A DNA stretch of 58,302 nt from an uncultured Planctomycetaceae bacterium (GTDB taxonomy: Bacteria; Planctomycetota; Planctomycetia; Planctomycetales; Planctomycetaceae), in the NCBI GenBank assembly GCA_963977705.1, contig CAXBSH010000001.1, forward strand, positions 1 to 58,302. Direction: 5' to 3'. Both the position numbers and the translations under genes were made by a program. A model generated the notes under the pieces. It was not told where the DNA came from. It was given only the letters and a program-made list of their open reading frames with translations, and ran no database searches. Positions 1-8,800 of the stretch are shown piece after piece; the stretch's first letter is position 1, and the number at the start of each line of letters is the position of its first letter.

Positions 1-327
1 GCAGATGCGGTTCTTGCACATTTCGCAGTTCCACTGCGTGGAGAGAAACCCGCGACAGTCTTCCACAGGACACCTGCGCAGAGAACGATTTCATCGACGG
101 TCGACGACATCCATGAAATCGAGAGACGCACTTGTGCACAAACTTTTTCCGTTCCACTTGTTCGGTGGTTCCACCGCGACGAAGACTATTTTGCCACGCT
201 GGATTTTGCTGAGTTGGCAGCGGCAGGCGGTATGGAGCGGTGAGTTTCCGGCCGCACTTTCGTTGATGGCTCAGAGTCTAAGCCGTTGCATTCTGTCAGT
301 GATGTCCGGGTGGTGGAGGAGAGAGTC

Positions 328-1497
328 ATGGTTCAGATACATGAGCAGCGTGCAATCGGTCGGGTGATGGATCTGATTGCGATTCCCGGCGGCAGTGGGA
401 CAGAGCACGATGTTTCTGCGTGGATTTGTCAGCAGTTACGTGGTGCGGGGGTCCCGGATTCGGCCATTGAAACAGATCGTGCTCATAAAAAGAGCCCTGC
501 GGGCGGGACGACCGGCAATCTGATTGTGCGTCTGAAGGGCACTAAGAAGGGGCCTCGGCGATTGCTGATGGCGCATATGGATACGGTGCCTCTGGCGGTT
601 GGTGCGAAGCCAGTTCGTGAGGGTGACTGGATTCGTCCGGCAGCAGCAACGACGGCTCTTGGTGGTGACAATCGTGCGGGGTGTGCCGTAGTGCTGACAG
701 CTCTTCTGGAGGTTTTATCACAGGGGCTGGATTATCCGCCGCTGACGTTGTTGTTTACGGTCCAGGAGGAGACTGGCCTGCGTGGAGCGCGGTGGCTAAC
801 GGCATCGAAACTGGGTCGCCCGGCGTTATGTTTTAACTGGGATGGTCGTGATCCTGCGGCGCTGATTATCGGGGCTGTGGGTGCCAGTAATCTGACGATT
901 GAGATCGATGGAATCGCCAGTCATGCAGGTGCTCATCCGGAGGACGGCGTCAATGCGGCTGTGGTGTCATCTCTGGCGATAGCGCAGTTGCAGAAGTCTG
1001 GTTGGCACGGGCAGATTCGTCGCGGTCGTCAGCGGGGAACCAGTAATCTGGGAGTTGTGCGTGGTGGTGCAGCGACGAACGTAGTGATGCCTCTTGTGCA
1101 GCTTGAGGCTGAGGCCCGCAGTCATGATTCCGAGTTTCGTGCTCAGATTGTCGCAGCGTGGCGAGCGGCATTTGAAGCAGCGAGTTCGGCCGTCAGCAAT
1201 GCTGCTGGTGTGACGGGTGTGCTGCGGTTCAGCGAGGAGGTGCGGTACGAACCGTTCCGGATGCCTGCTGACAGTGCCTGTGTGGAGTCAGCGGCTGTGG
1301 CGGTGCGAACTGTGGGCTTAAAGCCAGCCACACAGATCTGCGATGGCGGTCTGGACGCCAACTGGATGGCTGAGCATGGATTTCCGGCTGTCACACTGGG
1401 GTGTGGCCAGCATGACATCCACACGGTACGTGAGCGTCTTTGTATCTCTGAGTACCTGCAGGGGTGCCGAGTGGCAACCCTGCTGGCGAGTGGCTGA
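328..1497 (+). CDS. M20-family metallopeptidase (peptidase T / tripeptidase-like)
   Basis: 389-aa ORF from ATG 328, preceded by GGAGGA at 315-320; the track ORF starts at an upstream TTG at 286. Motifs 'LLMAHMDTVP' and 'TVQEETGLRGA' match M20 metal-ligand and catalytic-Glu regions. The C-terminal 'GCGQHDIHTVRE' is PepT-like. Confidence 0.8.
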   Translation: MVQIHEQRAIGRVMDLIAIPGGSGTEHDVSAWICQQLRGAGVPDSAIETDRAHKKSPAGGTTGNLIVRLKGTKKGPRRLLMAHMDTVPLAVGAKPVREGDWIRPAAATTALGGDNRAGCAVVLTALLEVLSQGLDYPPLTLLFTVQEETGLRGARWLTASKLGRPALCFNWDGRDPAALIIGAVGASNLTIEIDGIASHAGAHPEDGVNAAVVSSLAIAQLQKSGWHGQIRRGRQRGTSNLGVVRGGAATNVVMPLVQLEAEARSHDSEFRAQIVAAWRAAFEAASSAVSNAAGVTGVLRFSEEVRYEPFRMPADSACVESAAVAVRTVGLKPATQICDGGLDANWMAEHGFPAVTLGCGQHDIHTVRERLCISEYLQGCRVATLLASG

Positions 1498-1519
1498 TCT
1501 GGATGATCAGCCCAGGTGC

Positions 1520-1744
1520 TTAGGCGCTGGGTTTCATCCGTGAGTACAGCGAAAGGATTTCGTACAGATCCGCAGAGACTTTGACTTCATCGTCGGCGAA
1601 ATCTGACACCCATGTGCGATCCCAGATGATGGCATCTGAAAGGATACGGGTCAGTTCGCCCAGTTTGATGGTAGCCTCAGGCTCGTGCAGCATCGTCGAC
1701 TCAGAATCTTCTGAGCCGGTAAAAAGTCTGAGTCTGGGACGCAT
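1520..1744 (-). CDS. hypothetical small acidic protein (74 aa)
   Basis: ORF only, convergent with the peptidase gene. It is D/E-rich ('WVSDFADDEVKVSADLYEIL') and I recognise no motif. Confidence 0.4.
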   Translation of the reverse strand: MRPRLRLFTGSEDSESTMLHEPEATIKLGELTRILSDAIIWDRTWVSDFADDEVKVSADLYEILSLYSRMKPSA

Positions 1745-2146
1745 CCGTGATCCCCTGTTTCGTTGGTTGCCATACCCGTTCAGGTGACAGAAGCCACCTG
1801 ATTCCCCCCGGGGTCTGGCTGATTTCTGGTTGTGTTATCGGGCAGGCTGCAGGGGGTGCTTCATGAAAATTTCCGATTGCGCAAGGGCTGCGGATTTCAC
1901 CGGGAAAAGCGCAGGAATTGTCTGAAACGATTCAAGTTTGGTGGTGTGATCGGGGGTGCTCTGGCAGCAGAAAATGCCTTGTTGGTTGCATTTCGGGACA
2001 AAACGGCGTCTGGTGCAGTGGTGATGTGGGGGGAATGAGGCGACTTGTGGGCAGATTTGACGAAATTGGCTGATGACCGGTCATGAATCGTGGTGTTCGG
2101 GGGGCGGTAGTGTTCCGTTTCCTCAAATTCCGGCTAGAATTCGTGC

Positions 2147-3907
2147 ATGAAGGTTTTCACAGGCATCGCTGTTTCTCCGGGCATAGAGACCGGCCCGGTT
2201 CTGGTACTGGGTTCGGAGAACTTTCGAATCCCTCGAGTGTATCTCACGCGCGACGCGGTGGATGCAGAGCTTCAGCGTTTTCATGAGGCTCTGGATCACG
2301 TCTGTGCTGACATTCGTGAGAACGAGCAGTTGGTTTCATCGCAGCTTGGTCAGCAGTATGGGGCCATTTTTTCGGCTCATCTGCAGATGGCTGGTGATCC
2401 TCGTCTGATTCGCGAGGTTGAGGCACTGATTCGTGATCAGTGTCGTTCACCCGAGTTTGCGGTCAGTCGAGTGCTGCGTGGTTACGCCAGTCAGTTGCAG
2501 AAAATGGGCAACCAGTATCTGTCTGAGCGTGCTCTGGATATTTTTGATCTGGAGAAGCGTCTGCTGGGCAAGTTACTGGGTGCCAGTCGGGAAGAGCTCC
2601 GTAACCTGTCTGCACCGGTGGTCCTGCTGGCTCATGATTTGACTCCGGGCGAGACAGCATCTCTGGATACTCGTTTTGTCCTTGGATTTGCGACAGAGGC
2701 TGGTGGTCGAACCAGTCACACCGCAATTCTGGCGGGTGCACTTGAGATTCCTGCTGTGGTGGGATTGGGGCGCTGTCTGGCTCAGGTTTCCGGCGGTGAG
2801 ACGGCTATTCTGGACGGTGACCGTGGCCAGGTGGTGGTAGATCCGGACGCGGATTCACTGGGCCGTGTTGAGCGATCGCGGGCGCGTCGACATCTGGTGC
2901 GTGAGCGTCAGGTGCGGGTTAACAGTCTTCCTGCAGAAACTCAGGATGGTCATCGAATACAGCTGAGTGGGAATATTGAGTTTCCCGAGGAGGTAGGTCC
3001 GTGCATGCAGCGCGGAGCTGACGGTATCGGTCTGTACCGTACGGAATTTCTGTTTCTGAGCGGGAACCGTGAACCTTCAGAGCAGGATCATTACGAGGCT
3101 TATTGTCGGGTACTGGATGCCTGTCAGGAAAAGCCGGTGGTGATTCGCACGCTGGATCTGGGTGCGGACAAAGTTCCGCAGTTGTTGCAGAGTCAGTTTG
3201 AGGAATCTCCGAATCCCATGCTGGGATTGCGCAGTATTCGGCTGAGTCTGCAGAGTGCTCCGATGTTCAAGCGTCAGTTGAGGGCGATTCTGCGGGCATC
3301 GGTCCGGGGTAATGTCCGGATCATGTTTCCTCTGGTGTCCTCGCTGCTGGAATATCGGCAGGCGCGTATGATCCTGATGGATGTGATGGAGGATCTTGAA
3401 GAGGAGGGGGTCCCTTTTCAGCGAAATCTGCAGGTTGGAATGATGGTCGAAGTGCCTTCGGCTGTGATTCTTGCTGAGGAATTTGCCAGGGAAGTGGACT
3501 TCTTTTCGATTGGTACAAACGACCTGATTCAATACACTCTGGCGTGTGATCGTTCAGATCCAACGGTGGCCGGTCTTTATCGGGCGGGCGACCCTTCGAT
3601 TCTGAGGCTGATACGAATGGTGATGCGGGCGGCGGAAAAGCACCGGAAACCGGTGACGGTCTGTGGACAGATGAGTTCTGAGCCACGATTCGTACCGCTG
3701 CTTCTGGGTATGGGTCTTCGCAGTCTCAGTGTCACACCACAATCAATTCCGCTGTTGAAGGAGATCGTCAGAAGTCTGTCGATTTCCGAGGCAGAGCGGA
3801 TTGCTCAGCATGCCTGTCAGTTGGATCTGGCGCGGGATGTTGAGCATTATCTGCAGGGGGAATTGTCGAGGTTATGTCCTGATCTTGTAAGCGGCAGTGA
3901 CTTCTGA
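2147..3907 (+). CDS. ptsI: phosphoenolpyruvate-protein phosphotransferase (PTS enzyme I)
   Basis: 586 aa. Phospho-histidine region '[21 protein letters not shown]', plus '[11 protein letters not shown]' and '[15 protein letters not shown]' PEP-utilising-enzyme motifs. Confidence 0.92.
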   Translation: MKVFTGIAVSPGIETGPVLVLGSENFRIPRVYLTRDAVDAELQRFHEALDHVCADIRENEQLVSSQLGQQYGAIFSAHLQMAGDPRLIREVEALIRDQCRSPEFAVSRVLRGYASQLQKMGNQYLSERALDIFDLEKRLLGKLLGASREELRNLSAPVVLLAHDLTPGETASLDTRFVLGFATEAGGRTSHTAILAGALEIPAVVGLGRCLAQVSGGETAILDGDRGQVVVDPDADSLGRVERSRARRHLVRERQVRVNSLPAETQDGHRIQLSGNIEFPEEVGPCMQRGADGIGLYRTEFLFLSGNREPSEQDHYEAYCRVLDACQEKPVVIRTLDLGADKVPQLLQSQFEESPNPMLGLRSIRLSLQSAPMFKRQLRAILRASVRGNVRIMFPLVSSLLEYRQARMILMDVMEDLEEEGVPFQRNLQVGMMVEVPSAVILAEEFAREVDFFSIGTNDLIQYTLACDRSDPTVAGLYRAGDPSILRLIRMVMRAAEKHRKPVTVCGQMSSEPRFVPLLLGMGLRSLSVTPQSIPLLKEIVRSLSISEAERIAQHACQLDLARDVEHYLQGELSRLCPDLVSGSDF

Positions 3908-4168
3908 GGTTTGACTGCAAAGTCAGCTTTGGGGGTGTTGCTGTTTTTTGAAATACGGCGTCAGCAGTACCTGCTGAGCTTCTGATGGCCTCCGGCGTTC
4001 TGCCGGGGTATCAGGATCTCTGGGTGTGTGTGTGACGCACATGCGGCGGCTGGCGACGTTCGTCGGCCGTGCTGAGTGAATCACTGACGCTATGTGCAAG
4101 CGTAGCGTTGACATGGCAGGGGCACTGGTTTACTTCGGGATGTCTCTGCGCAGATCTGAAAGACTATC

Positions 4169-5743
4169 ATGAAGAAGGAAATGCTGATTAATGTGCTCCA
4201 GCCTGAGGAGAGCCGAATTGCCATTGTGGAAGACGGCGTGCTGGAGGAGTTGTATGTTGAGCGGAGCAGTGCAGAGAACTACGTCGGGAACATCTACAAG
4301 GGCCGAGTGGTCAATATAGAGCCGAGCATTCAGGCGGCATTTGTGGACTTTGGTGTAGGGCGTAATGGTTTCCTGCACGTGAGCGACGTGGAGTTTCAGT
4401 ATTACCGTCATCTTGTGAAGGATGGTGGTGAGGATGACCGTGAGCAGCGTGAGTTGTCCCGCGGAGGTCCTCCGCCGAAGCATCTGAACGAGCGGAATGC
4501 TCGGAATAAGCCACCGATTCAGAAAATTTTCCAGCGTGGCAGCGAAGTGCTGGTACAGGTGATCAAGGAGGGGATTGGCAACAAGGGGCCAACACTTTCC
4601 ACTTACATTTCGATTCCAGGTCGCTATCTTGTACTGATGCCAGGCCTGCAGCGAGTGGGTGTCAGCCGCAAGATTGATGACGAGAAAACGCGACGTCGTC
4701 TGCGGCAGACGATGAAGTCAATTCAGCCTCCGGAGGGTTTGGGCTTCATTATTCGGACGGCGGGAATTGACCGGGAAGAGTCGGATCTGAAGCGTGACCT
4801 CAGTTATCTGCTGCGACTCTGGGAAACCATTGTGACTCGTCTGAAGAAGACGCCGTCTCCGGCCGGCATCTATGAAGAGAGTGACATGATCATTCGTACG
4901 ATTCGGGATATTTATACGAATGAGATCGACACGGTTCTGATTGACGAAGACGGGGCTTTCGAGCGTGCTCGGGAGTTCATGAAGATCGTGATGCCGTCGA
5001 ATGTGAACCGGATTCAGCGCTATTCGGGCAGTGAGCCGTTGTTCAACAAGTATGGCATCGAGAATGAGATTGCTCGAATTCACGATCGCCATGTGCCGCT
5101 TCAGGGTGGTGGTTCGCTGGTCATTGACCAGACGGAAGCTCTGGTAGCGATTGACGTGAACAGCGGCAGTTTCCGGGCTGACAACGACGCTGAGAAGAGT
5201 GCATATCTGATGAATCTGCGAGCAGCGGAAGCGATTGCTCGTCAGATTCGACTGCGCGACCTCGGCGGTGTGATCGTTAATGACTTCATCGACATGCGTG
5301 AGGAACGTCATCGTCGGGGTGTCGAGCGGGCGCTGCGCGAGGCTGTTGAACGCGATCGCGCTCGGACTCGAGTACTGAGAATCAGTCCGTTCGGGCTGAT
5401 CGAGATGACGCGGCAGCGGATTCGTCCATCGCTGCGCAGGTCTGTCTATGAAAACTGTCCATCATGTAACGGTGTGGGTCAGGTGAAGACTGCGGAAAGT
5501 CTTTCGATTGAGGTGATGCGACTGGTGATGTCAGCTGCGGGTCACGAGCAGGTGACTCGCATGCTGATCGAGGTGCACGATCGGGTCGGTAATTACCTGA
5601 ACAACCGCAAACGCAAAGACCTCATCCGGATTGAGGACGAAAATGAAGTTGAGGTTGTGATTGTGACGAAGTCAGATGTGTCATTCGAGCATATGACGTT
5701 TCGTGCCGAAGATGCAGCAGGGCGCGAGGTGAATCTGAGCTGA
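4169..5743 (+). CDS. rng: ribonuclease E/G family endoribonuclease (RNase G-sized)
   Basis: 524 aa. S1-domain start 'GNIYKGRVVNIEPSIQAAFVDFG', catalytic region 'LVAIDVNSGSF' and Zn-link 'CPSCNGVGQV'. Confidence 0.88.
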   Translation: MKKEMLINVLQPEESRIAIVEDGVLEELYVERSSAENYVGNIYKGRVVNIEPSIQAAFVDFGVGRNGFLHVSDVEFQYYRHLVKDGGEDDREQRELSRGGPPPKHLNERNARNKPPIQKIFQRGSEVLVQVIKEGIGNKGPTLSTYISIPGRYLVLMPGLQRVGVSRKIDDEKTRRRLRQTMKSIQPPEGLGFIIRTAGIDREESDLKRDLSYLLRLWETIVTRLKKTPSPAGIYEESDMIIRTIRDIYTNEIDTVLIDEDGAFERAREFMKIVMPSNVNRIQRYSGSEPLFNKYGIENEIARIHDRHVPLQGGGSLVIDQTEALVAIDVNSGSFRADNDAEKSAYLMNLRAAEAIARQIRLRDLGGVIVNDFIDMREERHRRGVERALREAVERDRARTRVLRISPFGLIEMTRQRIRPSLRRSVYENCPSCNGVGQVKTAESLSIEVMRLVMSAAGHEQVTRMLIEVHDRVGNYLNNRKRKDLIRIEDENEVEVVIVTKSDVSFEHMTFRAEDAAGREVNLS

Positions 5744-5774
5744 CCTTCGAAATACTTCTGTTGTGATGATTGTT

Positions 5775-5808
5775 GACCGTCAGGCGAATGTCTGGCGGTC
5801 ATTTTTTT
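5775..5808 (+). terminator. rho-independent terminator downstream of rng
   Basis: Stem GACCGTCAG (5775-5783) pairs with CTGGCGGTC (5792-5800): 9 bp including one G-U pair, with an 8-nt loop. It is followed by A then T7 (5802-5808). The T-run overlaps the TAA stop (5807-5809) of the convergent 1823-aa gene. Confidence 0.7.
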
Positions 5809-8800
5809 ACGGCGCGGGGCGAAGGATTTCTCCGGCAGCTTTTCTGACGGCTGGGTTGTCGCTGTCGAGGAGTTTCCTGACGGCTTCAATCCGGCCCACT
5901 TCAGGTGGCAGTGTGCCGGTTTTCAGGGCTTCCAGCAACTGCAGGCTGCGGACGTGGCTGCGAGTCATGGCGTTGACAGCTAGTTGCTGATTTTCGGGCG
6001 TGAGTCCGGGGTAATGCTGGATCAGTGCGGCGGTGGCGGTGGGGTTCTGAATATCGCCGAGCCCGCTGACAGCGCCCATCTGCAGTTCGGGATGGACGTC
6101 GGATTTCAGCCACGGCTGGATTCCTGATATGGCCTGCTGTTCCGGCAGGAGTGCAATCATTCGCAGTGCATCGTAGCGAGTTCCTGTTGGAACGTTGTCG
6201 TCACGCAACATCTGATCGGCCAGATGCAGGGCCGTATTCCAGCGTTCGAGCAAGCCACGATCGGAAAGTCGAGCAGCTGTCAGTACGTCCTGTGGCCAGC
6301 GACCAGCAAGAGTAATGCCGTTGATGAGGCCGCCACCAATAACGACCGCCTGCCAGTGTTCAAGTCGATCATTTCGATCGGGCAGTGATTTCTCCAGCAG
6401 ACTGAGGATGAGGTCATCCTGAGCACTTTTTCCTGCGGCGATCGCAACCCGCCAGATCCATGGAATCCTGCGGTATTCCTCGGACGATCCTGCGGTATCC
6501 GGCAGCTCAGCAGTGAGCAGCGGCAGGATCTGTGGGGCAATTTGAAGTGTTGGACCAACGGCAGCTTCGCGGTCGGACTGTGGCAGGCTGTCGTTCAGTA
6601 ACCATGCGGCCAGCCCGGCCGGTGTATCCGGCAGTGGTACAGTTTTGGCGGTCATGCCACGTGCCAGCGGGACACCATCATCTGCAACAAGGTGGATGGC
6701 ACGCAGGTCGGCCAGTGCATTTCGAGGGTCAGATTCGGGGCGGACGATCAGGTCACTGTCGCCGACGGGAATCAGTACAGTGCCAAGGCGCTGCAACTGG
6801 TAGCGATCCCAGCCGCCGGTGGATTGCACGGAAGCACGCAGTCTGCCGGCTGATGTTTCGATGATTACCGGGTTTTCAGCCGAGTCCGGGTGGCAGGCCC
6901 ATTCAGCCCACACAGTGAATTCTCGGGCAATGGAAGAGCGTAGTTGCCAGCGAACATGGTCTTCCGGGCCGTGCCAGTAGCCGATGTTTTCAAATGGCCG
7001 TTCGAACAGAATCTCTGTGCCATAGATTTCCGCTGTCGCAGCGTTGAGCAGGCCGTTACCGGACTGTGGGATATCGATCACTTGAGGCTGATTACCCTCG
7101 AACGTGCGGGGAGGGCTTCGGAGAGTTCTGAGCCATGCGTACAGATGGTTCAGGTCAACCGGAGTGAGATTCTGTTCAAGACCTTCCGGCATCAGTGATC
7201 TGGCTGTGCTGCGAATAAGTTCGATATCGGTTCGCAGCAGCAGGCTGCTTCGACCTTCGGCTGCAAGCAGGCTCAGGCTGTTGTCGGTTTCGTCGCGGAT
7301 GAGTCCGTTCAGGCTGCGACCGTCTGTCAGCAGGATTGCATATCCCTGATAGCGCGGATCAACAGCGAGGTTTGGATCCAGAACTGCCTGTAGCAGTGCT
7401 TCAACGGGGCGTGCGCCCCACGCAGTGATATCCGGACCGACCTCATTGCCAATGTCGCGTATTTTGTGGCATGCCGAGCAATGTTTGCGGAATATGTCAG
7501 GCCCGTTGGCTGGATCTCCGGGTTGCCGCATCTCAGATGAGTATTTCTGGATCAATCGGGCACGACTGTCCTCAGATGGTGTTTCAAGCACACTCAATGC
7601 CATTTCACGAATTGCTGCTGTGGAGTGGCTGAGCAGTTGCTGTTTCTGAAGGACACTGAGTTCTCCGGGATTCAATTGTCTGGATTTCAGCGACTGCAGC
7701 ACAGTCTGCGTCCATTCGTCACGTTGCAGGAAGCCTGTCAGCAGAACACCGCGAATCTCCGGGGATTTTGAGTTCCAGTCGCTGAGCATTTCGCGGGCCA
7801 GATCAGGCTGGCGACTGAGCAGAAGTTCTTCGGCAGCCACCTTCTGCAGTGGGAGCGGAGTCTGCGGTGTAAGCAGTCGCACCAGAGCCGGTCCGGAATC
7901 AATCTGTACGCCGGCTGCGGCTCCCAGCAAACGAGTGGCTGCGATACGAGTTTCAATTTCGTTGTGTGCATCAACCGAGAGCCGTTCGCAGTTTCTGAGA
8001 AGCGACTGTAAAGGTTCAAGCTGGCGGGGTTCGATTGCCTGCTTTCGCTGAAGCCAGCCACGGAGTGCACTTGTGGCTGCCGTGAGATTTGAGGAGTTGG
8101 GAGTCAGGTCAGCTGTCTGCAACAGATCCTGCAGAAGTGTTCGAGCAGAATCATCAGCCGTGATGGCAATGGCCTGTTGCAGCAGTTGGTGCGGTGCTGC
8201 TGCGTTACTCCCACGCAGTCTGTGCAGCACCGGAAGAATGTTGTCAGAGTTCAGAGAACTCTGAGCAGCACTCAGCAGGAAAGAATCGCTGTCGGGATCG
8301 CCAAGGATATCCGCAAGGACTTCACCAGCCTGCGCAGAGGGCAGCAGTCCGGCGGTACAGGCCAGTTGCATGCGGACCACTTGCGACTGGTCATTCCGGA
8401 GTGCGGTAATGGCTGTAGCCGCAGCAGTTGAATCGGGCAGCCATGGCTCACACAAACGAATGGCATGTCGCCGAACCTGCGGATCAGGATCCTGCAGCAG
8501 GCGGACCGCTGCTGCTTCACTGAGTCTGTTGAGGCAGGCAAGTGTGGATGCTGCCTGCAGTCGAACTGCGGGCAGCGTGTGCTGCAGCAGTGTCTCAAGC
8601 GCCCCGGCAGCGGTCAGATCAGAATTCCAGAGGATCAACTGCTGGACAAGATCACGCACTGTGCCGTTTGGTGACCCCATAGCCGCCGCCAGTTCAGTAC
8701 CCTGCAGCTTTGTCAGATCCTGAACGGTGCGCAGTTCCGCGGCTTTTGGACGAATTCTGTAAATTCGTCCTCGATCAGCGCCTGCTCGTGTGTCCAGTTC

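Noticed and set aside
1-367. A plus-strand 120-aa ORF (5-367), and a possible minus-strand partial ORF starting at ATG 110 and running off the left edge ('MSSTVDEIVLCAGVLWKTVAGFSPRSGTAKCARTAS').
   Set aside because: Neither shows a recognisable motif. The plus ORF is Arg/Ser/His-rich and overlaps the better-supported peptidase start (SD plus ATG 328). The minus fragment is only 36 codons. I cannot support either as a gene.
1962-1978. A sigma-54-like element TGGCAG-N-...GC upstream of ptsI.
   Set aside because: The GG-to-GC spacing is 11 nt rather than the canonical 10, and the -12 element (AATGC) does not match TTGCW.
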